Positions 9,799 to 21,026 of a stretch of 21,026 bases of DNA are shown one piece after another (position 1 is the stretch's first letter; each line of letters begins with the position of its first letter). The position numbers were made by a program, and so were the translations under genes. The DNA comes from Deltaproteobacteria bacterium (lineage in GTDB: Bacteria > Myxococcota_A > UBA9160 > SMWR01). Under the pieces are notes generated by a model, which had not been told where the DNA came from, did not search any database, and saw only the letters and a list, made by a program, of their open reading frames with translations. Location: NCBI GenBank assembly GCA_032128375.1, contig JAQBGU010000023.1, forward strand, positions 1-21,026, written 5' to 3'.

Positions 9799-10737
9799 TC
9801 AGAAGTGACGCCATCCAGCGGGGTCGCCGGCTTCCGCTCTCCCCCGAGCGACCCGGCCGATTTCCGTGACCCGACAACCCAGGCTGCGCGCGAGCCGGGC
9901 TCGAGTTGGCCCGGCCGCCCGAACCGTAAACAGCAGTTCATAGTCCTCACCGCCGCTCGTAGCGAGTGCGACCGGGTCGAGGCCGTGGTTGGCACAGCGG
10001 CCTGCAAATCTCGCCGGACGCGGAACGGCCAGTCGATCGATCTGCGCATGGCAGCCGGTCCCCTTCAGCAGATGCTCGACGTCTGCCAGCAATCCGTCCG
10101 ATATGTCGATGACACTACCCACCCCATCCAACCGCGCGAGCGCCCGACCGGCGTGGAGTCTGGGGACTGGAATCCTGCGCACCGAACCGAGGCCACGCGC
10201 CGCCAGCGCAACCTCCAGCGCTACTCCGCCTAGTGTTCCCGTCACGAAGATTCGGTCTCCGGCGCGCGCCCCACCGCGGGTCAGCGCCTTGCCTCTGGCG
10301 ACAGCACCGATCGCGGTCACGCTGATCGATGTCTGCCGGGCCCGGGCCAGGTTGCCGCCGACCAACGGACACGCATGGGTCTGTGCCTCGCGTAGCAGGC
10401 CTGCGAGCAATCCGTCGAAACGCTCGATCGCCAGACGCGGCGGGGCGGCCAACGCGACTACGAACCCCATCGGTCGCGCGCCCATCGCGGCGAGGTCTGA
10501 CAGGCTCGACACGAGCGAGCGTCGACCGATCGCGCGCGCGCTCTGCGTTTCCCAGCGGAAGTGTACTGTCTCGATCAGCGCATCGGTCGTCACCACGACA
10601 TCTTCACCAGAACGCGGGCGCAAAACGGCGGCATCATCTCCTATTCCGAGTACGACGCTGCGTTGCGCGCTCTGCCTACTGGCGACGCGCGCGATCCGAT
10701 CGATCAGGCCGAACTCGCCCAGATCCCGCAATTCCAT
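9799..10737 (-). CDS. thiL: Thiamine-monophosphate kinase
   Basis: [47 protein letters not shown] and terminal GWRHF motifs; ATG at 10737. Confidence 0.95.
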   Translation of the reverse strand: MELRDLGEFGLIDRIARVASRQSAQRSVVLGIGDDAAVLRPRSGEDVVVTTDALIETVHFRWETQSARAIGRRSLVSSLSDLAAMGARPMGFVVALAAPPRLAIERFDGLLAGLLREAQTHACPLVGGNLARARQTSISVTAIGAVARGKALTRGGARAGDRIFVTGTLGGVALEVALAARGLGSVRRIPVPRLHAGRALARLDGVGSVIDISDGLLADVEHLLKGTGCHAQIDRLAVPRPARFAGRCANHGLDPVALATSGGEDYELLFTVRAAGPTRARLARSLGCRVTEIGRVARGRAEAGDPAGWRHF

Positions 10738-10923
10738 CTGGACCAGCCTAGCAACCCACCAAATGAAGCAACCCACTGAGCATCCGACCAGGCAACCCAT
10801 GCGATCGCCAAGCGATTCGGGCCGTTGCAGAAGGGCTGGACCCACCCGATGACTGTTGGAAGCATCCGCCACGAGGCGGCGCACTCGGAATCCAGCTGTG
10901 CAAGCGGCTTCGACTGTCGCCGG

Positions 10924-13338
10924 TCAGGCGCCGGACTTGGCTGCGGCGACGGTCGCGGATGCCGCCCGGCCGCGCTTGGCCTTGCGCGTGGCCGGGCGTC
11001 TGTCGCTTTCCCACGCAATCGCAGCGTCGAGCACTTCATCCATGTGATCCACCGGGATGAACGTCATGCGACGTCGCAATTCTTTCGGCAGGTCACGCAG
11101 ATCCCGCATGTTGTGGCTGGGCAGGATCACGCGGGTTATCCCAGCGCGCAGTGCGCCGAGTGCTTTGTCGCGAATCCCGCCGATCGGAAGCACGCGGCCG
11201 CGCAAGGTCACTTCACCGGTCATCGCGATATCGGCTCGCACCGGCGTCGCGGTCGCCAGCGAGATCATCGCTGTCGCCATCGCAATGCCCGCCGAGGGGC
11301 CGTCCTTCGGAATCGCTCCGGCCGGAACGTGGAGGTGCAGTTCGTTGTGCAAGAACACCGCGTCATCAAAGTCGAACTGTGCGCCCCGACCCCGCGCCCA
11401 GGTCAGCGCGGCCTGGCCGGACTCTTTCATCACATCGCCGAGTTGTCCAGTGAGTACCAGTCCCTTGCCACGGGTCAATGTCGCTTCGATCGTCAGGATC
11501 TCGCCGCCGCTCTCTGTCCACGCCAATCCGTTGACGATGCCGACCGCAGGCGTCGTCGAAGGCTCCTCGCCGAGAAACGGCGGCGGGCCCAGCAGGCGAT
11601 CGAGAGAACGTCGAGACACCGTCAGCACGGAGCGATCTCCCTCGGCGACTCGCCGCGCATTTTTCCGGCAAATGGTTGCGATCTTGCGCTCCAAGCCGCG
11701 AACGCCCGCTTCGCGGGTGTAGTGGGTCACCATGTCGAGTACGGCCTTCGGCTGCCAGGTGATCTTGTCGATGGTGAGACCGTTCTCGCGAATCTGTGCG
11801 GGAATCAGGTACGTCTGGGCGATCTCGACCTTCTCTTCCGGCGTGTAACCGGAGATTCGAATCACCTCCAGCCGGTCGAGCAGCGGCTTGGGAATGGGAT
11901 CGAGTTGGTTCGCGGTCGCGATGAACAGCACCTTCGAAAGGTCGAACGGCACGTTCAAATAGTGATCGCTGAAACTCGAGTTCTGGGCCGGATCCAGGAC
12001 TTCGAGCAGAGCCGCGGAAGGGTCCCCGCGAAAGTCGGCACCGAGTTTGTCGATCTCGTCGAGCATGAAGACCGGGTTATTGGTGCCCGCCTGTCTGAGT
12101 CCCTGGATCAACCGGCCCGGCAGAGCCCCTACATAGGTCCGGCGGTGCCCGCGAATCTCGGCTTCATCACGCACGCCACCCAGTGAGATGCGGTGGAACT
12201 CGCGCCCCATCGCGCGCGCGATCGATCGACCGAGCGACGTTTTTCCCACACCAGGCGGGCCGACGAAACACAGGATCGGCCCGCGAGAATCCGCGCGAAG
12301 CTTACGTACCCCCAGATACTCGAGTACGCGATCCTTGATCTGGGACAGATGCGCATGGTCTTCGTCGAGGATCGCCTGCGCGTTGGGAATATCCAAGCAG
12401 TCGGGCGATTCGTTGGCCCAGGGCAGCTCGACCATCCAGTCCAGATAGCTGCGGACCACCTGCGCTTCGGGTCCTTCTGGATGCATCCGCTCGAGGCGTC
12501 GCAATTGCTTGTGCGCTTCGGCGAGCGGTTCTGTAGGCATCGAAGCTTCTTCGACCTTGATCCGGTATTCCTCAGCCTCTTCGATACGCGGGTCGGTCTC
12601 ACCCAGCTCGGACTGGATCGCGCGAAGCTGCTCGCGCAGGTAGGCATCGCGCTGGCCGCGACTCATCTCATCGTGCGCCTGCGATTGAATTTCCGCCTGT
12701 ACAGTCGTGACTTCGAGCTCGCGTCGCAGTAGCGCGTCGACCCGACGCAAGCGAATCAGCGGGTCGGTGATTTCGAGAATTTCCTGCGCCTCGACCAAAC
12801 GCAGCTTCAGGTTCGACGCGACGAGGTCGGCCAGCCGGCCCGCCTCGTGAACGTTGGCGGTGATCGATAATACTTCCGGCGGCAGATTCTTCAGCGGCAA
12901 CAATTCTTCCACCCGCCCGCGCACTGCGCGAATCAGCGCTTCGGCTTCGACACACCAGTCCGTGTCGATATCGGCCGGCTTCGGCACCACGCGAACCCAG
13001 GTCGATCGCTCATGGTCGAGAAACGACTCGATCTCAGCCTTGGCCAGGCCCTGCACGAGCACCTTTACGCGTCCGTCGGCCATGCGCAGGATTCGCATCA
13101 CCATGACGACAGTGCCGACGCGGTACAGATCGTCGGGTTCGGGTGACTCGATATCCGAATCGCGTTGGGCGACCAGCAACAGCAAACGGTCGCCGGCGAG
13201 CGCATCTTCGATCGCTGCGATCGAGCGTTCCCGCGAGACGAACAGGGGGAGCACCATATAGGGAAAAACCACCATATCGCGCAGGGGCAGAACAGGCAGC
13301 TCTTCGGGAATCGTGAACGCAGTCGGGGTCGCCGTCAT
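10924..13338 (-). CDS. lon: ATP-dependent protease La (Lon)
   Basis: LPVLPLRDMVVFP N-domain, Walker A GPPGVGKTS, RGHRRTYVGA, LDEIDK, catalytic PKDGPSAG and GGIRDK. ATG 13338 preferred over TTG 13377. Confidence 0.97.
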   Translation of the reverse strand: MTATPTAFTIPEELPVLPLRDMVVFPYMVLPLFVSRERSIAAIEDALAGDRLLLLVAQRDSDIESPEPDDLYRVGTVVMVMRILRMADGRVKVLVQGLAKAEIESFLDHERSTWVRVVPKPADIDTDWCVEAEALIRAVRGRVEELLPLKNLPPEVLSITANVHEAGRLADLVASNLKLRLVEAQEILEITDPLIRLRRVDALLRRELEVTTVQAEIQSQAHDEMSRGQRDAYLREQLRAIQSELGETDPRIEEAEEYRIKVEEASMPTEPLAEAHKQLRRLERMHPEGPEAQVVRSYLDWMVELPWANESPDCLDIPNAQAILDEDHAHLSQIKDRVLEYLGVRKLRADSRGPILCFVGPPGVGKTSLGRSIARAMGREFHRISLGGVRDEAEIRGHRRTYVGALPGRLIQGLRQAGTNNPVFMLDEIDKLGADFRGDPSAALLEVLDPAQNSSFSDHYLNVPFDLSKVLFIATANQLDPIPKPLLDRLEVIRISGYTPEEKVEIAQTYLIPAQIRENGLTIDKITWQPKAVLDMVTHYTREAGVRGLERKIATICRKNARRVAEGDRSVLTVSRRSLDRLLGPPPFLGEEPSTTPAVGIVNGLAWTESGGEILTIEATLTRGKGLVLTGQLGDVMKESGQAALTWARGRGAQFDFDDAVFLHNELHLHVPAGAIPKDGPSAGIAMATAMISLATATPVRADIAMTGEVTLRGRVLPIGGIRDKALGALRAGITRVILPSHNMRDLRDLPKELRRRMTFIPVDHMDEVLDAAIAWESDRRPATRKAKRGRAASATVAAAKSGA

Positions 13339-13528
13339 GGCTTCGTATTCGACTTGGGCCGAAAGCAACTTGAGCAATCATGGCCACTGACGCGCGGCGC
13401 TTCGCACGCAGATAGTCAGCAGGCTGCGCGAGCGCCGCGGGTATACCACTCGATCGTGGCAAGAAAACGCAGGTTCACGGCCACGCTGCCACTGTCGAGC
13501 ACCGCTCGAGTCGATTCGAGAATTCGGA

Positions 13529-15586
13529 TCAATCCAGCTGGACGATTCTGCCTCGTTCCACGCCGAGCAAGAACGGTCGCTTGCGCGCGTTTCCGTCCCC
13601 ATTCATCGACAGGATGCCCGATACACCTGCAAAGCCCGAAGTCGCGAGCACTGCATCGCGTAAGCTGGCACGCGACTGGGTGCCGCGCGCGAGCGGAACC
13701 AACACCAGATTCGTCGCATCGTAGGCCTGCGCGGCGAAATCCTCGGCGGGGGTTCCGAACGTAGCCTCGTAGCGATCGGCGAATTCGCGTACGTACGCAA
13801 TGGGGCTGGCGGTGTAGAAGTTCGCGGTAAACCGCGCGCCTTCGACATGACGTCCACCGATCTCGACGAGGTCCGCGTGGTTCCAAGCCTCGGATCCCAG
13901 CAACACCGGGCCCGTGACTTCGTCGTACGCGAGTTGTGGTGCAATCAATACGACGTTCTCGTGCGTTTCGGGGATGAACAGTGCATCGAAATCGATGATC
14001 GGCGGGAGCAGTTCGCCGTCGGGTCCGAGCATCGCCCGGGCCTCCTCCCGCACCACCGACGCCTCGTCGGGCAACAGGCGGCGCGCGCTGCCGATCAACT
14101 CCTCCCGCACCTCGATCGCCTGTTTCTGTGCACGGGTCAGCAACTCCCAGCCGGCCAGTTTTCGAATCGACGCACTGAAGTCTGTGGAGTCGGGCTCGTA
14201 GGATGCAAGTGCGACGATGCTTCCCCCGCGCATCTCGACAGCGTTCCAAAACAAACCCGACAAGCCCCGACCATACGCATCGCGCGGATACAGGATCCCG
14301 AAACGCGTAATGCCCAGGTCGCGAATCGCGTGCTCGGCCAGTGTTTGCACTTCGTCTTTGGGCATCGTGCGAACGCGAAACACCAGTGATCGATCGCGGG
14401 CCACTTCTTCTCGACTGGTCAGTGCAACCAGCGGCACACCCTCGAACTCGGCGGCATTGGCAGCGGCTTCACATTCATCCGCCAGAAGCGGCCCCAAAAT
14501 CACCTGTACGCTCTGCCGCAGCGCAAGTTCGCGAACCGCCGCCGCCGCGAGATCGGCTTGGCCCTGGGTATCGCGGATCAGCAGATGGATCGCCGGCCGC
14601 TCCTGGGCTGGCGTCACGGCGTCGAATACGCCCGTGGCCAGCAAGATGCCGCGCAGACTCTCTTCGCCAAATGAGGCGAACTTTCCACTCAGCGGTAGCA
14701 CCACACCGATCTCACCACGCGCCGCGTGGACATCGGGCAGCCCCTGGCGCTGTGCCGCCGCGAAGGTCGGCAGCGAATCCGCCGCGCCGCCTCCCGACGC
14801 CAGTAATCGCAAACGGTCGGCTGTCCGGCCAAGCTCCGACGCGTACGCGGCAACTAACGGCACGGCGCGGGCGCGATCGAGGTGGCGAGCGGCGGCATCG
14901 AGGTCTCCTCGATCGAGCGCCCGGTCGGCCAGCGTCAGCCACACGCGGCCCGCCGGAACTTCGGGCTCGATCTTTTGTGCCAGCTGGGCCAACTCGGCAT
15001 CGTCCAGCACTGCGATCAGTGTGTCGATTTCAGCATCGATCGCTGTGTGCGCTTCGGGGTCGGATTGGCCCGCCCGCAGCGCAGCCAGCCAGCGGACCCT
15101 TTCGCCCGCCGAGCCGGCGGTATCGGCGAGCAGCCGAAATGCGACGAGGCGCTCTTCGGGCGTCAACGACTTCAACTTCATGTTCCGCAGCATCCGCACC
15201 GCGATGTCGCTGCGCGAGCGCTGGTATTCGAGCGTCGCAATAGCCAGCCGTGCGGAACCGACCCGCCGGCTCTTGGGAAAGTTTCGCAGCACAAATTCGA
15301 AACGCTGGAGCGCTGCATCAGCATCTCCCCGCTGCCGCGCGAGCTCACCCAACTGCAGCGCCGCGTCGGCCGAGAGCTGGCTCTCGGGCCAATGCTCGAG
15401 GAAGGCTTCCAATCGCGATTCGGCAGCGACCGGATCACCTGGCAGCACCGAAATGGCCGACGCGTACTCGCGACGTTCATCCTGCGTGACGCCCCGCCTG
15501 GCCGGCTCGAACCCCGCGCACGCAACCAACACACCCAATCCGACGCAAAACGATGAAATTCGCAGTGCCGTGAGCATGGGTTTCAT
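13529..15586 (-). CDS. Lipoprotein with TPR-like N-terminus and periplasmic-binding-protein type 1 C-terminus (LpoA/LppC-like penicillin-binding protein activator)
   Basis: Signal peptide with lipobox LVAC; TPR/BamD-like repeats (FLEHWPES, VLRNFPKS); IGVVLPLSGKFASFGE, ILGPL, AQAYDA and FAGVSG motifs. Confidence 0.75.
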   Translation of the reverse strand: MKPMLTALRISSFCVGLGVLVACAGFEPARRGVTQDERREYASAISVLPGDPVAAESRLEAFLEHWPESQLSADAALQLGELARQRGDADAALQRFEFVLRNFPKSRRVGSARLAIATLEYQRSRSDIAVRMLRNMKLKSLTPEERLVAFRLLADTAGSAGERVRWLAALRAGQSDPEAHTAIDAEIDTLIAVLDDAELAQLAQKIEPEVPAGRVWLTLADRALDRGDLDAAARHLDRARAVPLVAAYASELGRTADRLRLLASGGGAADSLPTFAAAQRQGLPDVHAARGEIGVVLPLSGKFASFGEESLRGILLATGVFDAVTPAQERPAIHLLIRDTQGQADLAAAAVRELALRQSVQVILGPLLADECEAAANAAEFEGVPLVALTSREEVARDRSLVFRVRTMPKDEVQTLAEHAIRDLGITRFGILYPRDAYGRGLSGLFWNAVEMRGGSIVALASYEPDSTDFSASIRKLAGWELLTRAQKQAIEVREELIGSARRLLPDEASVVREEARAMLGPDGELLPPIIDFDALFIPETHENVVLIAPQLAYDEVTGPVLLGSEAWNHADLVEIGGRHVEGARFTANFYTASPIAYVREFADRYEATFGTPAEDFAAQAYDATNLVLVPLARGTQSRASLRDAVLATSGFAGVSGILSMNGDGNARKRPFLLGVERGRIVQLD

Positions 15587-15589
15587 CGA

Positions 15590-16702
15590 TCAGTCGAAGA
15601 TGTTGCGAATTTTGTCCAGGAAGCCCGGCGATGGTGACGCGAGGCCACCTGACTCTTCGGCGAGTTCTTCCAAGAGCGCGCGCTGTCGCTTTGTCAAACG
15701 GCTCGGGACTTCCACATACACATGGACGAGTTCGTCACCTCTTCCCGCTGCACGCAGCGACGGGAACCCCTTGCCGCGCAGCCGAAACACCTTTCCAGAC
15801 TGGGTACCCTCGGGAATCGTCAGCGTAATGGTGCCCTCGAGCGTCTTCACCTCGATCTCCGCACCGAGTGCCGCTTGCGGAAACGAAAGTGGAACAGCCA
15901 CGTGCACGTCGCGACCATCGCGCTCGAAATACTCATCGGAACGCATCGAGATGACCACGTACAGGTCTCCCGCCGGCCCGCCGGCGACGCCAGCTTCGCC
16001 CTCACCGGTCAGTCGCAGTCGTGTACCCTCGTCGACGCCAGGCGGAACGCGTACCGAAATGGTTTGCTCGCCCTCGAGCCGTCCCGATCCGCGGCATTCC
16101 GAACAGCGCTCTCGGATCACTTCGCCGGCCCCGCCACAATCGTCACACGGCCGGCTGATCCGGAAAAACCCCTGCTGGAGAATGACCTGACCGGCGCCGC
16201 GACAGCGGGCACAGGTCTCGGCCTGCGTGCCGGCTCGCGCGCCGCTTCCCTTGCAGGTAGCGCACGGTCGCATCTTGGGAATCTTGATCTGGGGTTCGAC
16301 ACCGCTCAGGGCATCGACGAACTCGATTTCCAGGTTGTACCGAAGGTCGGCGCCGCGCTGACCGCGACCCCGGCGTTGCCCACTGCGGCCACCGAAGATG
16401 TCTCCGAACAGATCGTTGAAGACGTCCGAAAAGTTGCCCACGTCACCGAAATCCTGGAAGCCAGCACCTCCTGCCGCGCCAACACCTGCATGGCCAAATC
16501 GGTCGTATGCGCGGCGCTTTTCGGCGTCCGTCAAGATCGCATAGGCCTCGGAGCACTCCTTGAAGCGGTCCTCTGCAGCCTTGTCGCCGGGGTTGCGGTC
16601 CGGGTGATCCGCCATCGCCTTGGCGCGATAAGCCTTCTTGAGTTCGGACGCTCCAGCGTCGCGCGAGACGCCCAGAATTTCGTAAAAATCACGCTTGGCC
16701 AA
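15590..16702 (-). CDS. dnaJ: Molecular chaperone DnaJ
   Basis: J-domain with HPD, G/F-rich region, four CxxCxGxG zinc-finger repeats and C-terminal domain; TTG start. Confidence 0.97.
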   Translation of the reverse strand: MAKRDFYEILGVSRDAGASELKKAYRAKAMADHPDRNPGDKAAEDRFKECSEAYAILTDAEKRRAYDRFGHAGVGAAGGAGFQDFGDVGNFSDVFNDLFGDIFGGRSGQRRGRGQRGADLRYNLEIEFVDALSGVEPQIKIPKMRPCATCKGSGARAGTQAETCARCRGAGQVILQQGFFRISRPCDDCGGAGEVIRERCSECRGSGRLEGEQTISVRVPPGVDEGTRLRLTGEGEAGVAGGPAGDLYVVISMRSDEYFERDGRDVHVAVPLSFPQAALGAEIEVKTLEGTITLTIPEGTQSGKVFRLRGKGFPSLRAAGRGDELVHVYVEVPSRLTKRQRALLEELAEESGGLASPSPGFLDKIRNIFD

Positions 16703-16923
16703 TGGCTGCTTGCCTCAGAGTCCGAAGGGCGGGGGGATTGTAGGCACAGAATGCGCTGTGGGAACCGCTTCCCGGCATTTATGCAGCATGAGGGCCCAGA
16801 GATCTGCGGTTTGGCCTGGCGCTGGTGATCTTTTCGACCGTTTGGGTTGAAGGCTCGGGTTTGAAGTCTCGAGGCTTCGATCGGATCTCTCGGCCGGCGC
16901 GCTTGTGACGCGATTGCGATCGG

Positions 16924-18747
<1,824 letters not shown>

Positions 18748-18783
18748 TGCCGAATACGCCCCCTGGTCGGCGGCGTGTCCCGG

Positions 18784-19548
18784 CTAGTCGGTCTCGCCCC
18801 CGTCGATTTTGGCTTTCTCTGGCTCGCGCGCCACCGCGACACGTGTGGGCCGTAGTAGCCGCCCGTGTAGCTGATAGCCCTTTTGCAGCACGTCGATCAC
18901 TGTGTTCGGAGCAACCGAAGCATCGGGCACTTGCGCCATGGCTTCGTGAAGCGCCGGGTCGAACGCTCGGCCCATTGCCTCTATTTCACGGACGGCGTGC
19001 CTTTCGAGAATTGCGTGAAGCTCCCGCTGCAGCAACTCGACACCCTGCAGAAGGCTCTCCAAGTCCCCGCCGTCACTCTGTTGCGTGTGCTCTATTGCAC
19101 GGTCCAAGTTATCGACCGTCGAAAGCAGATCCTTGACGAGATTCTCGTGGCCATATCGGATCAGCTCTGTGCGCTCCCGGAGCGCACGTTTCCGGAAATT
19201 CTCGAAATCGGCTTGAAGTCGCATCTGCTTGTCTTGGGACTGGATCAGTTCGCCGCGAATCCGCTCCAACTCCTCGTCGATGAACTCGCCTTCAGCGGCC
19301 TCGGTCAACCGGATCTCTTCGGGTTCTGCTTCGCTCAGCTCCCCTTCGAAGCCAGACTCGAAGTCAGACTCCGTGTCGATCTCGACATCCGCTTCGACTG
19401 CGGCGGTCGCGGCGTCGACCGACTCGAGTGCCTCGCGAAGCGCGGCCTCGAGTTCCGGATTCAGCGCGAGCGAGGGTCCGTCGGTGTCTTCGCTGCCACT
19501 CGGGGCGCCGGCCGCCGAGCCGGACTGTTTTCGGGCCTTGTTGCTCAA
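18784..19548 (-). CDS. grpE: Nucleotide exchange factor GrpE with acidic N-terminal extension
   Basis: RLQADFENFRKR, VDNLDRA, FDPALHEAM and QKGYQLHGRLLRP motifs. TTG 19548 has GGAG 7 nt upstream; the alternative GTG at 19581 lies inside the tandem repeat. Confidence 0.93.
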   Translation of the reverse strand: MSNKARKQSGSAAGAPSGSEDTDGPSLALNPELEAALREALESVDAATAAVEADVEIDTESDFESGFEGELSEAEPEEIRLTEAAEGEFIDEELERIRGELIQSQDKQMRLQADFENFRKRALRERTELIRYGHENLVKDLLSTVDNLDRAIEHTQQSDGGDLESLLQGVELLQRELHAILERHAVREIEAMGRAFDPALHEAMAQVPDASVAPNTVIDVLQKGYQLHGRLLRPTRVAVAREPEKAKIDGGETD

Positions 19549-19562
19549 GCCGGACTCCGGGT

Positions 19563-19650
19563 TTCGACACTCATTCGACACTCATTCGACACTCATTCGA
19601 CGATCATTCGACGATCATTCGACACTCATTCGACGATCATTCGACGATCA
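19563..19650. repeat. Intergenic tandem repeat, 8 x 11 bp (TTCGACACTCA / TTCGACGATCA)
   Basis: TTCGAC at 19563, 19574, 19585, 19596, 19607, 19618, 19629 and 19640; two variants in the order AAABBABB. Confidence 0.95.
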
Positions 19651-19735
19651 CTGATTTTCACAACGACTTCACTCAAATTCACTCACTTCTCTCATTTGAT
19701 TCAACCTATTTCGAATGATTTCAACTTCATCCAAC

Positions 19736-20830
19736 TCAATTCGAAAGACGCTCAGTGATCACTTGAGAAAAAAAGCCTACCAGCGGGATCACGCGTCCGT
19801 AGTCCATCCGAACCGGGCCGATTACGCCCAGGACGCCTTTCGCATCGGTCGCTCCATAGCGGGTAGCCACCACCGCGCACTGGCGCAACAGGGGCTCATC
19901 GACTTCCTCGCCGAATGCGACGCGCACACCGCCGGTCTCGAGCATCTGGTCCAAAATTTCGAGCAGCCGCTCCTTGGTCTCGAGCGCGCTGAACAGGTCG
20001 CGAACTCGCTGCGAATCGTGAAATTCGGGCTGGTCGAGCAACGCGAGCCGCGTCTCGATGATCAGGTCGACGTCGTCATCGCAGGCGGCGACCGCCCTCC
20101 GGCCCAATTCGATCGCGCGGGCTAGCAGTGCGTCGGCTCGTGAACGCAGCGCGGCGGCCTCGGCGATCAGGCTGGAGCGAGCGTCAACGATCGTGCGCCC
20201 AGCCACTCGCTCGGTGAGCAACGCGCCAATCCGATCGAGTTCGGGCTGGTCCCACTCGCCCTCGTCCCGGATGACCCGGCGGTGGGGGGTCCCGGTCTGC
20301 GACACCAACACAACCAATACCCGTTCCGTTGACAGGCGAACCAGACTGACTTGCCGCAGTACCACTTGCTCGACGCTGGGCGAGACTACGAATCCCAGCT
20401 GGTGGGTGCACTCCGACAGAAGCTGGGACGCGACATTGACGACCGAGTCCGTCTCGGCACCGTCTACGCTGTAGGTGATCGAGCGCATCTCGTAGGAGCC
20501 CAGGTTGCCTCGAGCACCGGGTTCGAAGTCGAGTAGCTGATCGACGAACAAACGCAGACCTCGCTCGGTCGGAATTCGGCCAGAAGACGAATAGGGCTTT
20601 TCGACCAGACCCAGCCCGGCGAGCTCAGACAGAATCGTGCGGACGCTGGCCGAAGAGAGCTTGACAGGCAGCACGTGACTCAGGCTTTCGGATCCGATCG
20701 GTTGAGCCTCACCCACGTACGCGTTCACCATCGCACGCAGGACCATCGCCTGCCGGTCTGACAGGCGATCGGCGGTTCGAATGGATAAACCCGATTTGTG
20801 CTGCCCCGATTCGGGCCGGCTAACTCCCAC
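19736..20830 (-). CDS. hrcA: Heat-inducible transcription repressor HrcA
   Basis: LSDRQ...VL, PIGSE, SSASVR, SSGRIPTERGLRLFVD and GVIGPVRMDY motifs; located directly upstream of grpE-dnaK-dnaJ. Start uncertain (GTG 20830 chosen; ATG 20887 lies in the repeat). Confidence 0.93.
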   Translation of the reverse strand: MGVSRPESGQHKSGLSIRTADRLSDRQAMVLRAMVNAYVGEAQPIGSESLSHVLPVKLSSASVRTILSELAGLGLVEKPYSSSGRIPTERGLRLFVDQLLDFEPGARGNLGSYEMRSITYSVDGAETDSVVNVASQLLSECTHQLGFVVSPSVEQVVLRQVSLVRLSTERVLVVLVSQTGTPHRRVIRDEGEWDQPELDRIGALLTERVAGRTIVDARSSLIAEAAALRSRADALLARAIELGRRAVAACDDDVDLIIETRLALLDQPEFHDSQRVRDLFSALETKERLLEILDQMLETGGVRVAFGEEVDEPLLRQCAVVATRYGATDAKGVLGVIGPVRMDYGRVIPLVGFFSQVITERLSN

Positions 20831-20859
20831 GCATCGCGCCCCCTGGAAAATTCCAGCTC

Positions 20860-21026
20860 CTATCGACCTGTCGACCCATCGATCCATCGATCCATCGACC
20901 CATCGATCTATCGACCCATCGATCTATCGACCCATCGATCTATCGACCCATCGATCTATCGACCCATCGATCTATCGACCCATCGATCTATCGACCCATC
21001 GATCTATCGACCCATCGATCTATCGA
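20860..21026. repeat. Tandem repeat upstream of hrcA: 8 perfect copies of CCCATCGATCTATCGA preceded by degenerate 8-mers; runs off the window end
   Basis: Perfect 16-bp period from 20899 to 21026, built from two 8-bp subunits each ending in ATCGA. Confidence 0.95.

Noticed and set aside
9621..10049. Long N-terminal extension of the MCP in the ORF track (similar extensions for cheY, the Hpt ORF, thiL and larB)
   Set aside because: Extensions overlap neighbouring genes or lack family similarity; downstream starts fit the family N-termini better.
10825..12186. 453-aa plus-strand ORF antisense to lon
   Set aside because: Shadow ORF in GC-rich DNA, overlapping a confident gene, with no recognisable domain.
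14217..16190. 657-aa plus-strand ORF antisense to the lipoprotein gene and dnaJ
   Set aside because: Ser/Ala/Arg-rich low-information translation typical of antisense frames.
20831..21026. CIRCE operator upstream of hrcA
   Set aside because: No TTAGCACTC-N9-GAGTGCTAA match seen; only a short CTGGAA/TTCCAG inverted repeat at 20843-20856. The operator may lie outside the window.

Overview
GC-rich bacterial chromosomal window; gene content (Dif-like chemosensory cluster next to hrcA-grpE-dnaK-dnaJ) suggests Myxococcota or a deltaproteobacterial relative, which is inference only. A 5'-truncated groEL on + (1-1416) converges on a ~19 kb run of minus-strand genes: hrcA, grpE, dnaK, dnaJ, an LpoA-like lipoprotein, lon, thiL, a Dif-like cluster (MCP, cheW, cheY, cheA, cheC), larB, larC, an alpha/beta hydrolase and a 72-aa protein. 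Most notable: (1) the 72-aa protein is an archaeal HMf-like histone-fold protein that keeps the DNA-contact residues but has lost the tetramerisation residues; (2) cheA is split by a -1 frameshift at an A10 run in the linker after the Hpt domain (recoding, phase variation or sequencing error); (3) groEL carries a divergent in-frame duplication of part of the apical domain, most likely a chimeric assembly; (4) three intergenic short tandem-repeat arrays (about 16, 11 and 16/8 bp units). No rRNA, tRNA, CRISPR array or mobile element was recognised.
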